Shown piece after piece: positions 45,259 to 54,347 of a stretch of 64,000 nt of DNA. The position numbers and the translations under genes were made by a program. The stretch comes from a virus. The notes under the pieces were generated by a model. It made no database searches. It saw only the letters and a list, made by a program, of their open reading frames with translations, and had not been told where the DNA came from. Location: the IMG/VR virus record IMGVR_UViG_3300012665_001507. The stretch is one strand, 5' to 3'. Each line of letters starts with the position of its first letter. The first letter of the stretch is position 1.

Positions 45259-47059
45259 CTGGATTGGCTGTATTAACTGTAAATTTATCTGTTATTCTTT
45301 CACCAACTGGGTCAGCTGGAAATTTACCATAGTAAAGATTCCATAACGCAAATTGGTCTTGTCTTCTCAAATGAAAACAATGGTTTTGATACATATAGTG
45401 GCTACCATTCAAGAATGGATAATCCAAAGGTTTTTCATCCGTTTGATTAAAGCCGATATCTAATAAGTCTCTCCATAAATATCTACCATCACCCATATTT
45501 ACAGCATAATCTGGTATACCTTCAGTAAATTCATCACCTTCTTCAATGTAATTAGAAAACTCCCTAATTTTAATTTGATGATGTGCTTGGTAGTGGTAAC
45601 CTTCTTGTCTAGGACCCAAATTTGTTTGAGCATATGTTGGTTGTCCATTAACATCTGTTGGTGTGGTTAAAACATAATTTATACTAGCTGGTGTTTCTCT
45701 ACTTACAGTATTAAATCTGTGAGAAACCGTAGCTAAAATTACTTCGTTTAATGTTGTTATATTATATTCAACCAAATCACCATAATAATCTATGTTATTT
45801 GGTAAATTGTTGTTATTGGTTATATTAACATTATCTTCTAAAGCTTTATGTGTTGGAAAAGGCAAAGCACCCCCATTGTGAATTTTATTAATCGCTGGAA
45901 TATCTTGTAAATAAGTGTTTATATTGCTGCTATTTAAACGATTCATAAAAGGTGTTTCAATACCAGAACTTACTTTAGTAAATAATTGATTGCTGTCGGT
46001 TTTAATCATCGTCAAATAAATTTCACTAAGAGGTCTACCCAAATTATCCGTTAAATCACTAACATCAATATCTTCGTTAAAAACATATTGAATGATTTGG
46101 TCGTTAAAGAAATTTTCACTAAAACCAACTTGGTAAGTTTCATAATCATCTGTTTCAATAACAGCTGTAGCTCTTGTTTTAATCTTTCTGAATTTTCTAA
46201 AATAATATTCTGATTCAACACCATTTACTATTTTTTTTATTCTAGAAAGGTTATTTATTGTTCCAGTATTTGGAACATCAATAACAAAATAATAATCTTT
46301 GTAATCACCGTTGCTTAAACCTAATGTCACAACTTCATGGTCACCATTGTAACCATTGGTACCTGTAATTCTAACCGTATCTCCAATAGATAAATTATGG
46401 TGACATGGCATACCAATAGCCGTCATGTTTTTGGTTGAAACTTCCGTTGTTTGAGTTTCTACTATTAACAAACCACCATTAACCATTTTGTGTGTTTTAT
46501 CACTAAGTTTTGGGTATGTCACCACCAACTCCCAATTTTTAACTGGTTGTATTGTAGGTGCATGATATGGTGATACATCTGGTAAAAAAGAAAAACGTTC
46601 TCTTTTTGGTTCCATATCATAATAAATACATAAAGCAGCTTTTGTAACATCTGGGTCAAAATGACCAAACCAACCGTCTCTTTCTTTTAAATAATATTTA
46701 ATTGCTTTGGCATAAGTGAAATCACCATCATCGTTTACGTCACCATCGTGTGGGTATGACCAATCCAAAAAATCTAATTTGTTGTACCCAGCCCATGTAT
46801 ATTTATCCAATAACAATGGGTCAGTTAAATTAAATAATGGGTTACTAATTAAAGGGTTTATAGTACCGATTAAACGATAATATTTGCTTCTTTGTCTTTC
46901 AGTATTAAACCTATCCGCAACGTTAACAATTCTATCAATTTCATTGGTTGGTAATAATCGTTCACTGCCCTCAATATTTATCTTTAAAAAAGTGTCTGTA
47001 TTGGTAGCTAATTGGGATTTTTCACTATTAAGTCTTTGTTTTGTTCTATCTGTATTCAT
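45248..47059 (-). CDS. Putative virion structural protein
   Basis: ~603 aa; likely start MNTDRTK just after the upstream stop. Confidence 0.6.
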   Translation of the reverse strand: MNTDRTKQRLNSEKSQLATNTDTFLKINIEGSERLLPTNEIDRIVNVADRFNTERQRSKYYRLIGTINPLISNPLFNLTDPLLLDKYTWAGYNKLDFLDWSYPHDGDVNDDGDFTYAKAIKYYLKERDGWFGHFDPDVTKAALCIYYDMEPKRERFSFLPDVSPYHAPTIQPVKNWELVVTYPKLSDKTHKMVNGGLLIVETQTTEVSTKNMTAIGMPCHHNLSIGDTVRITGTNGYNGDHEVVTLGLSNGDYKDYYFVIDVPNTGTINNLSRIKKIVNGVESEYYFRKFRKIKTRATAVIETDDYETYQVGFSENFFNDQIIQYVFNEDIDVSDLTDNLGRPLSEIYLTMIKTDSNQLFTKVSSGIETPFMNRLNSSNINTYLQDIPAINKIHNGGALPFPTHKALEDNVNITNNNNLPNNIDYYGDLVEYNITTLNEVILATVSHRFNTVSRETPASINYVLTTPTDVNGQPTYAQTNLGPRQEGYHYQAHHQIKIREFSNYIEEGDEFTEGIPDYAVNMGDGRYLWRDLLDIGFNQTDEKPLDYPFLNGSHYMYQNHCFHLRRQDQFALWNLYYGKFPADPVGERITDKFTVNTANPDVC

Positions 47060-47061
47060 TC

Positions 47062-50000
47062 TTATCCGTTTACTACTATTGTACAACCAACACTATCGGT
47101 TATTGTCGATGACAATATTACTGATTGTGGGAAGTTATAAACATTATTAGGGTTACCATTGTAAATTTGGTAAGGTGCTGCTGTATATGATGTACCAACA
47201 CCGCCAGACGCATTTAGTATCTTTTTAATATATGTTTGTCCATTGAATTGATAAGGCACACCTTGAATAGCCCACGCACCTTGTAATTGAGCTGTTGGAA
47301 GTGCAATATTAATATTGAGTGTATTTGATGTACATAAAACATTATCACTAACTGTTACAGTAACAATACATGAGGATGCTGGTAAACCACCTGGTTGAGG
47401 GACGTTACCAATTATTTCTTGTTGGTTACCGTTTATTACCGTGTATTGTGGATTACTAGTCACTTGACCCAACGCATTTATACCTTTAACAGTATAAGTT
47501 ACAGCATAAGGTGCTCTAGCAGTAGACCCCACCACCAAATGACTAATATTAAATTTAAACTTAACTTGGTTTGGTACACATTGTTTAGTATTATCAACAC
47601 CTGTTGCATTTATAGCCAATGCGGTTATTGGTAACCTAATTTCATCAGCACTTATATAAACTTCTTCACTAAAACATGTTTTAGCTGCGTTAGTCATTCT
47701 GAAAATTATTTCTTCTACGAATGCTGTTGCTGGGAATGTCATAGCCAATGGTGTTGTTGCATTTACATAACCATTTGCTGTTGTTGGTTGCCATAATGGT
47801 GAACCATCAGCCGCTTGTTGTTGGTCGACAGCATAATCTAAATAAACCGTTGAACCAGCTGTATAAGGGCTAGTAACAAATAAATTAATATGATAATTGT
47901 TAGGGTCACATTGTTTTAATAATACTTGTGGTTGGTCTTTATCAATTTCCATAAATGGACTCATATAAGACAATACACTAGTTGAGAAAACGTGCGTACC
48001 CATAGCATCAACTACTTCTGTTGTATACGTACCAGCTGATAAACCATTCATATTTAAAGCACTACCAACATAACCATTAGGTGATGTAGTATTGGCTGAA
48101 TATGGTTGTGTTCCACCAGAAACTGCGATATTAATAACGCCAGTAGTTTGACCGTAACATAAAATTTGTGTAACTGTAGGTGTTAGAGTAATTGGTGATG
48201 CACCATTTACCACTAAATTAAGTAAATAAACTGTTTCAATACCGTCAGTTACTTTCATGGTATAACCATGTCCAGTAAATAATGGAGCGAAGGTTGTATT
48301 CACACCAGTATCAACAGCTAAACCTTGAATCACGTAAGGCACTGAAGTTATTTGGGTTGGGCCACTAGCGACAGCACCATTACTGTTGTAAAGTGTAGCT
48401 GTATAAGTTGAGCCAGCCCCACTAAGAATATATGAAATAGTTATCTCACCATTTGCTGCTGCTGCTGTTGTACAATCTTGACTAACATAAGCATCAGCTG
48501 ATAATGGTGGTGGACCAGTTATAGTAAAAGTTTGTGTTATTGGTGAACCAAAAACATCATTACCAGTTATTGTATAAACACCAACAGCTAAGTTAGTTAA
48601 TGTTCCAGTTGGTTGTGTATTGTTTTGACCAACACTAGTTACGTTTGTATAACCATTAGGACCGCTAGTTGTGGCTGTAAATGGTGCATCACCTCCAATA
48701 AATGTAAATGTTGCACTACCATTTGTCGAACCAGTAGTTGTAGTTGGTGTAGTAAATACTTGAAGAATAAATTCTAAATCAGTTTTTGGGAAACATGGTG
48801 TAAAGAACCTTTGATTCATAACCTCTAACCCAGTTTTACCAGGAAGTATTCCAAAATAAAAATAATATGAGTGTTTTGGTTGACCGAAACTATTCTGTCC
48901 AACCGCACCGTTACCCATAGAATAATCTCTAAATTTAATATAATCTTGTCCGTTTTGAGTAGGACTGGTAAAATCATAATTACCTAAATTATTTAAGTTA
49001 AAATTACTAGTATATGGTAAAGTTAAGTTCCACGAGTTTGTTGTTGAATTAAGACCTAAGAAAACATCCCTAAATAATTTTGGTCTATCCGCATCGTCTG
49101 TATCTAAATCCTTTAAACCAATCGCACCATCAGTTTCTTCACCAACACCACGATACTCATCGATTTCAACACCAAATTCACATAAATGTCTAAGGTTCAT
49201 ACATTGTCTTGAATTTACATGTAAACCTAAACAATTTATACTAAAGAATAAACCAACAGTATTACCGTCAACATCACATTGACCAGTTGTTAATACTGTT
49301 GCGTTATCTGGTGCAACTTCTTGATTTGCTGGCGGTATTTTATATGTTGTAGGTATCAAGTATTCTTGCACTTTTGGCACACCTTGCCAATCACAACTAA
49401 ATACAGCACCTAGGTTTATTATATCAGTCGCAAATATTTTAAAACCAGCGTTGTGTGTTGATGCAGCATAAAAGAATTCATTGTTTTTCTTTTTAATAAG
49501 ACCTTCTCTAAGTGAAACGCTTTCGTTTGAATATTGTTGGTCTTTACCACTCCCTTGGAAACATGTATCTAACAAATGACTAGTTCTACAATCATTATCT
49601 GGTATACCATTTTTGTTACCATCAACAGTCGTACTATCGGTTGCATCTTGGAAACTGTTACAATCATATTCACAAAATCTTTCTGATTTTTTACGCTTAA
49701 CTTTATATTTTAACAAGAAAGCATATAATGAACCATTTATCCAATCGTTGTAAAAATCAAATTCAAACAAATTCATTCTTTGTGCCATCTGGAAAGCAAT
49801 ACAGTCATCCAGTCCACATAAGTCACCAAAACCACCATGCCCAAAATTATCACCATCATAATATGTTGGTTCATTACCTTGGTCAACCAAAGAGTCAAAA
49901 GATGCACCACCATCTAAACCACCTCGTTTACAACCAGGAGCATAAACTGCTGGGTTTTCATCAGCTGGACATTTAACAAAAACACATGGTATATATTTTA

Positions 50001-51612
50001 TCTCGTCTAGAATTAGGGCACATGTAAAACCTAAGAAGCCAAAAATCCTAACACCTAATATTCTTCTACCACTAGCCCTACATAAAGGTCTCATTAACGA
50101 GTTCCATGCTCTAATTAAAATATTCACAATCCTTAAAACTAAGTTAATTAAAGGAATCAACATTACATTCATTATGTAAATTAAAAAACCAATAATTTTA
50201 ATAATTAAACAAATAATAAAGAAAATAGGTGATGTTTGCGTTGCTACCCTATTAAATGGGAACGGTGTTTTATCACCAGCACATGCGTCAACATCTTTAA
50301 CACCCATCATATTTCTAGTGTGTGAACCACCACCGTTTAATGGCGTAATTTGTTGAAATCTGGAAATGAAATTACTTACAGAATATATCTTATTCCAATA
50401 AAGATTCCTAAAACTAGTTTTTTTGGTTTTTTCACCAAACTCATAATCAATTTCATTTTGGTTATTTGGGTTATGTGGAACTAAATATTTAGCTCTAGTT
50501 CTAAGCCTACCTTCATTACCTGTTTGGTCCATTCCAATTTTGAAACGAACACTTGCTCTAGTAGGAACCCCTTTATTTGGGTCATCAGAAAGCACTAGGT
50601 TACCAAATTCATCGGTAACCATATAATCTAAGTTCATAGGTATTTGATAAGCCCATGCACCGTTTTCGTCAATAACTCTACCACCTTCAACGTCAAATTT
50701 TTCGATAGTACCATCTAGTGTTTCTCTAATCATTTCAATAGTGCCTTCGTTAGCTACTTGGTCGCAAAGATTACCCATATCTCTTCTAGGCATACATCTT
50801 TTATTGACACTGTTCTTGTCTTGGTCACCGAATATACTACCCATAAAGATAGCTGCTGGTCTAATTACATAATTCAAATCAACATCAACTCTAGTAATAC
50901 CAATCTCACAGGTATCAACATCACCCCAAAATGGTTGGACATTAACACCAGCGTTTGATGACTTTACTTGAATTAATTTATCTAAATTGGTATCACCCTT
51001 GAATTTTGTTGGTGATTCAAAGAATTTCAATGGTGTTCCTTGACTGATACTATCATAAGGTCTTTGAGAAGCAATACCGATATCTGAAATATCTGCATCA
51101 ACGTGCAAAGTATATGTACCAACTGGTACACCAAAAATCATAAAGTCACCAGCATAATTGGTTGTAGTTGTAAATTTATAATATTTACAATATATTTCCA
51201 ACATTTCTGGGTTATCCAATATTTCTCTTTTATTTGGGAAAGTACCAACTGGTGTAAAACAAGTATTATCGGTTTCAGAAGTTTTAGGCAGTAAATTGTA
51301 TCTGATACCATCACTATCTTTATCTGTAATAATTTCATAAGGGTATAACCCCTTAATTTGTGGGTCGTTTATGTCTACATCGTCAATAGGTATGAAAATA
51401 CTAACTCTAGCATTTGGTACACCAAAGCCACTGTTAATTATTACTCTACCAGTAACCACACCATAATCAGAACAAAAATTTCTGTACGCATCTTCTTGAG
51501 AAATCTTTAAGGAAAGAACCTCAATAAAATCAAAATCTTGTTCTAGTTTTACTTTTAAATATTTGTCGGTACCATTAGGTGTAGTCCTAATTCTAACAGT
51601 GTTGTTAGGCAT
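47062..51612 (-). CDS. Very large virion protein: N-terminal beta-sandwich, internal hydrophobic segment and C-terminal SprB-like repeats
   Basis: GVPNARVSIF/GDFMIFGVPVG; hydrophobic PIFFIICLIIKIIGFLIYIMNVMLIPLINLVL; TQILCYGQTTGVINIAVSGGTQPY...GLSAGTY..VVD SprB-type repeat. Confidence 0.7.
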   Translation of the reverse strand: MPNNTVRIRTTPNGTDKYLKVKLEQDFDFIEVLSLKISQEDAYRNFCSDYGVVTGRVIINSGFGVPNARVSIFIPIDDVDINDPQIKGLYPYEIITDKDSDGIRYNLLPKTSETDNTCFTPVGTFPNKREILDNPEMLEIYCKYYKFTTTTNYAGDFMIFGVPVGTYTLHVDADISDIGIASQRPYDSISQGTPLKFFESPTKFKGDTNLDKLIQVKSSNAGVNVQPFWGDVDTCEIGITRVDVDLNYVIRPAAIFMGSIFGDQDKNSVNKRCMPRRDMGNLCDQVANEGTIEMIRETLDGTIEKFDVEGGRVIDENGAWAYQIPMNLDYMVTDEFGNLVLSDDPNKGVPTRASVRFKIGMDQTGNEGRLRTRAKYLVPHNPNNQNEIDYEFGEKTKKTSFRNLYWNKIYSVSNFISRFQQITPLNGGGSHTRNMMGVKDVDACAGDKTPFPFNRVATQTSPIFFIICLIIKIIGFLIYIMNVMLIPLINLVLRIVNILIRAWNSLMRPLCRASGRRILGVRIFGFLGFTCALILDEIKYIPCVFVKCPADENPAVYAPGCKRGGLDGGASFDSLVDQGNEPTYYDGDNFGHGGFGDLCGLDDCIAFQMAQRMNLFEFDFYNDWINGSLYAFLLKYKVKRKKSERFCEYDCNSFQDATDSTTVDGNKNGIPDNDCRTSHLLDTCFQGSGKDQQYSNESVSLREGLIKKKNNEFFYAASTHNAGFKIFATDIINLGAVFSCDWQGVPKVQEYLIPTTYKIPPANQEVAPDNATVLTTGQCDVDGNTVGLFFSINCLGLHVNSRQCMNLRHLCEFGVEIDEYRGVGEETDGAIGLKDLDTDDADRPKLFRDVFLGLNSTTNSWNLTLPYTSNFNLNNLGNYDFTSPTQNGQDYIKFRDYSMGNGAVGQNSFGQPKHSYYFYFGILPGKTGLEVMNQRFFTPCFPKTDLEFILQVFTTPTTTTGSTNGSATFTFIGGDAPFTATTSGPNGYTNVTSVGQNNTQPTGTLTNLAVGVYTITGNDVFGSPITQTFTITGPPPLSADAYVSQDCTTAAAANGEITISYILSGAGSTYTATLYNSNGAVASGPTQITSVPYVIQGLAVDTGVNTTFAPLFTGHGYTMKVTDGIETVYLLNLVVNGASPITLTPTVTQILCYGQTTGVINIAVSGGTQPYSANTTSPNGYVGSALNMNGLSAGTYTTEVVDAMGTHVFSTSVLSYMSPFMEIDKDQPQVLLKQCDPNNYHINLFVTSPYTAGSTVYLDYAVDQQQAADGSPLWQPTTANGYVNATTPLAMTFPATAFVEEIIFRMTNAAKTCFSEEVYISADEIRLPITALAINATGVDNTKQCVPNQVKFKFNISHLVVGSTARAPYAVTYTVKGINALGQVTSNPQYTVINGNQQEIIGNVPQPGGLPASSCIVTVTVSDNVLCTSNTLNINIALPTAQLQGAWAIQGVPYQFNGQTYIKKILNASGGVGTSYTAAPYQIYNGNPNNVYNFPQSVILSSTITDSVGCTIVVNG

Positions 51613-51619
51613 ATTTTAA

Positions 51620-51970
51620 TTATTTGCTTTTATTCGTTATATCTTCTACGTTAAGCATGATTACATCATCTTCAGTTAACTCATCATCGTCATCATCGTC
51701 ATCATCTTCTTCTTCATCGTCTTTTGTAAAAAATTTATTTGCTTTTACAAACTTATTAATTACAAGTCTTAAATCAATATCTTTATTTAATACTATAGTA
51801 TCAAACATAAACCATACTATCACCAACATAATAATCGGTAACAATAGCATTCCAACCAAAAAACCTAGGGTTTTTGCTAGATATTTAATTATTGTGGCGG
51901 TTAGTCCTTCATTTTGTGTTAAAACGTTATACTGTTGAGGTCCATCAGTATTCTTACAATTACATCCCAT
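51620..51970 (-). CDS. Small membrane protein (MGCNCK start, one TM, acidic tail)
   Basis: 116 aa; TATATTTG motif at 51998-52005. Confidence 0.7.
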   Translation of the reverse strand: MGCNCKNTDGPQQYNVLTQNEGLTATIIKYLAKTLGFLVGMLLLPIIMLVIVWFMFDTIVLNKDIDLRLVINKFVKANKFFTKDDEEEDDDDDDDDELTEDDVIMLNVEDITNKSK

Positions 51971-52033
51971 TTTTATATTTTTTTATTTTGTTATCATCAA
52001 ATATAGTGATTCCATAGATATAAGGAAACCCTA

Positions 52034-53851
52034 TTATTTAACTCTGACAACAATATCTGTTGTTGGGAACTTAACCTCAAACATACTATTTGAATCACCA
52101 AATAATGTATAATCATCAGTCAAAAATATCTGTCTGGTTGTATTATCAAAATATTCTTGCGAAATTTCGTTAATACTATATTTACCGTTAACTTTATTGA
52201 AAACCCTAACATCCAAAACATTCATAACACCACCTACTTGGTTGATTACTTCTACCAATGGTGACATATATATGTTGTCGCCCATTTGATATTTACTAAT
52301 ATCCATATAGTTTTTAACTTCGGTAATTACTTGGCTAATGATTTGTGATTGCGGTTGTTTTTTATCGATATACAAATCAATTTCAAAAGATAAATTAATT
52401 ATACGACCATTTGTAACTTGCACATAGTCATTCATCATTCGATAATCAGCCAAATAAGTAGAAATATTATCCCTTAACGCACTAGTCGAGTTATTTGTTA
52501 ATTTACCAGCTGAATCTAAACCTAAAACATATATTTTAACTTTATTTTGTTCTTCCATAACACCACATCTAAATGGGATACCAAATTTTCCAGGCATCTG
52601 TGCTATTCTAGTTTGGTAATCTTTTATCGTTACAGCTCTATTTTGTGACGCAAAATTGTACCTAACCATGTTTCTTATTTCATCAACACTAGGTACGTCT
52701 TTACCGCCCAATGCTGGGAATAAATTATTTACTTTTAATGAGTTTTTAACAGATTGATTGATATTTGAATTAGGTCCATTAACGGTCATGTTTAAAAGAC
52801 CTAAAGAAGTTAAAACATTTGGCCCTATGTTGCTGTCAGCACCACCACCTAACCTATATTTTACAAACATAGTTGTATTAGCTGTTGGAACAGTACCTAA
52901 TGACATGTTATTAATAAAATCACCAATTTGGTTAACCAACTCTTTATTTGTATCAAAATCACAAAGACTAGTAGTATCTTGACTACCAGCACCAAAAATC
53001 ATTTTTGTAAAACCTAAATCTGTGTATTCACTAATAAACTTTTTATTGGTTGAGACAAACTTTCCTGGTCTAACACCAGCATTATCAGTTACTTTAGAAT
53101 TATCTTCTATAAAAACTTTATCCTCAGCCAACGCATCCATCTCAAACCATCTATTGTTTAAATTTGTAAAATCCGAAATACTCGGAGTACCAATGAAGTT
53201 TGTGCCTGGTAAAGTTATCACAGAATCAATAGATAAAACATTATCTTCTGGTAATATTACTTCTAAAAAAGGTCTTACATCAGCTTGTGTTATGATTCTT
53301 TTATGGATTTTAGTATAACCATTCATAACTATTTCTCTTTTTATAATAGAATAATTAAGTAATGTTCCATTTGAATTAAAATTTGGAATGATTAATCTAT
53401 TTGGTACACCCCCAATAGTGAATGGACTTGAGAAATCAATATCGTTTGTCGTTTCAAAAATCTTACCACCACCAGATACTTGAGACCCAGCAAAAATTAC
53501 TGGTGCATACGATATATCAAATGTGTCACCCAATACAGGTAACGTAACGTTAAAATCGACAATAGTAACACTAGGGCGTTTTCCTGGTATTTTTAAACCA
53601 AATGTTCTAGCCATAGATAAAACTGATTTTCTTTCTTTTGCGTAGTCTATTTGTGTTTCTTGAAACATTCTATCAGTGTTAACTGAAAGCATGTCACCCA
53701 CGGCTGCATTTAATTCTAAAAGCATCATACCAACACTCGCATCGTTAAAATCATTAAAGATGTCTGGATAGTATTGTTTTACCATGTCAACTAATTCTGC
53801 ACGTATATCAGCGAAGTTCCTTGCTGTATAGTTTATACCTTGATTTGCCAT
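52034..53851 (-). CDS. Baseplate wedge protein, T4 gp6/baseplate-J-like
   Basis: NYTARNFADIRAEL, DFNDASVGMML, FGAG, GGADSN and QNRAVTIKDY. Confidence 0.85.
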   Translation of the reverse strand: MANQGINYTARNFADIRAELVDMVKQYYPDIFNDFNDASVGMMLLELNAAVGDMLSVNTDRMFQETQIDYAKERKSVLSMARTFGLKIPGKRPSVTIVDFNVTLPVLGDTFDISYAPVIFAGSQVSGGGKIFETTNDIDFSSPFTIGGVPNRLIIPNFNSNGTLLNYSIIKREIVMNGYTKIHKRIITQADVRPFLEVILPEDNVLSIDSVITLPGTNFIGTPSISDFTNLNNRWFEMDALAEDKVFIEDNSKVTDNAGVRPGKFVSTNKKFISEYTDLGFTKMIFGAGSQDTTSLCDFDTNKELVNQIGDFINNMSLGTVPTANTTMFVKYRLGGGADSNIGPNVLTSLGLLNMTVNGPNSNINQSVKNSLKVNNLFPALGGKDVPSVDEIRNMVRYNFASQNRAVTIKDYQTRIAQMPGKFGIPFRCGVMEEQNKVKIYVLGLDSAGKLTNNSTSALRDNISTYLADYRMMNDYVQVTNGRIINLSFEIDLYIDKKQPQSQIISQVITEVKNYMDISKYQMGDNIYMSPLVEVINQVGGVMNVLDVRVFNKVNGKYSINEISQEYFDNTTRQIFLTDDYTLFGDSNSMFEVKFPTTDIVVRVK

Positions 53852-53858
53852 ATTTTAA

Positions 53859-54245
53859 TTATAGTTTTACCACTATTATGTCTGATGTTGTAAAAACAGC
53901 ATCGGTTATTGTATATTTTAATGTAAATACAGCAGCGTATTCACTTTCTAATGATTCTTCAACTAAAATCTCGTCTAATTGTAAGTTTGGGATATAAAGT
54001 TTAACAACAGATTTTATTTCTTCTTTAATACCGTTTAAAGTCATACCATCTTCTGGTTCAAAGATAAACTTTAGTAAATCAGTACCAAAATCTGGTTTGT
54101 AAAGTCTTTGTCCTTTTCTAGTTAAGATAATATGAAGAAGGTCAGCTTTTACTGCTTGACTATCTTCATCGTTCAAATCTAAGAAAAAACCTTTATCACT
54201 ATTCTTAAATGGATAGTTAATATTTATGTATTTACCGTTTGCCAT
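53859..54245 (-). CDS. Baseplate wedge protein, gp25/gpW-like
   Basis: LLHIILTRKGQRLYKPDFGTDLLKFIFEP. Confidence 0.9.
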   Translation of the reverse strand: MANGKYININYPFKNSDKGFFLDLNDEDSQAVKADLLHIILTRKGQRLYKPDFGTDLLKFIFEPEDGMTLNGIKEEIKSVVKLYIPNLQLDEILVEESLESEYAAVFTLKYTITDAVFTTSDIIVVKL

Positions 54246-54259
54246 AATTGCCTTTATTT

Positions 54260-54267
54260 CATAAATA
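54260..54267 (-). promoter_or_regulatory. Putative late promoter (TATTTATG) at the head of the baseplate operon
   Basis: 14 nt upstream of the gp25-like ATG, just after the nrdA terminator. Confidence 0.6.
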
Positions 54268-54304
54268 TAATACTAAACAATTTTTGTAAGTAAATATGGG
54301 AAAT

Positions 54305-54330
54305 AAAAAAAGGGTCCAATTGGACCCTTT
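54305..54330 (-). terminator. Intrinsic terminator after nrdA
   Basis: AAAAAAAGGGTCC-AATT-GGACCCTTT. Confidence 0.85.
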
Positions 54331-54347
54331 AATTTGTTTATGTTTTA

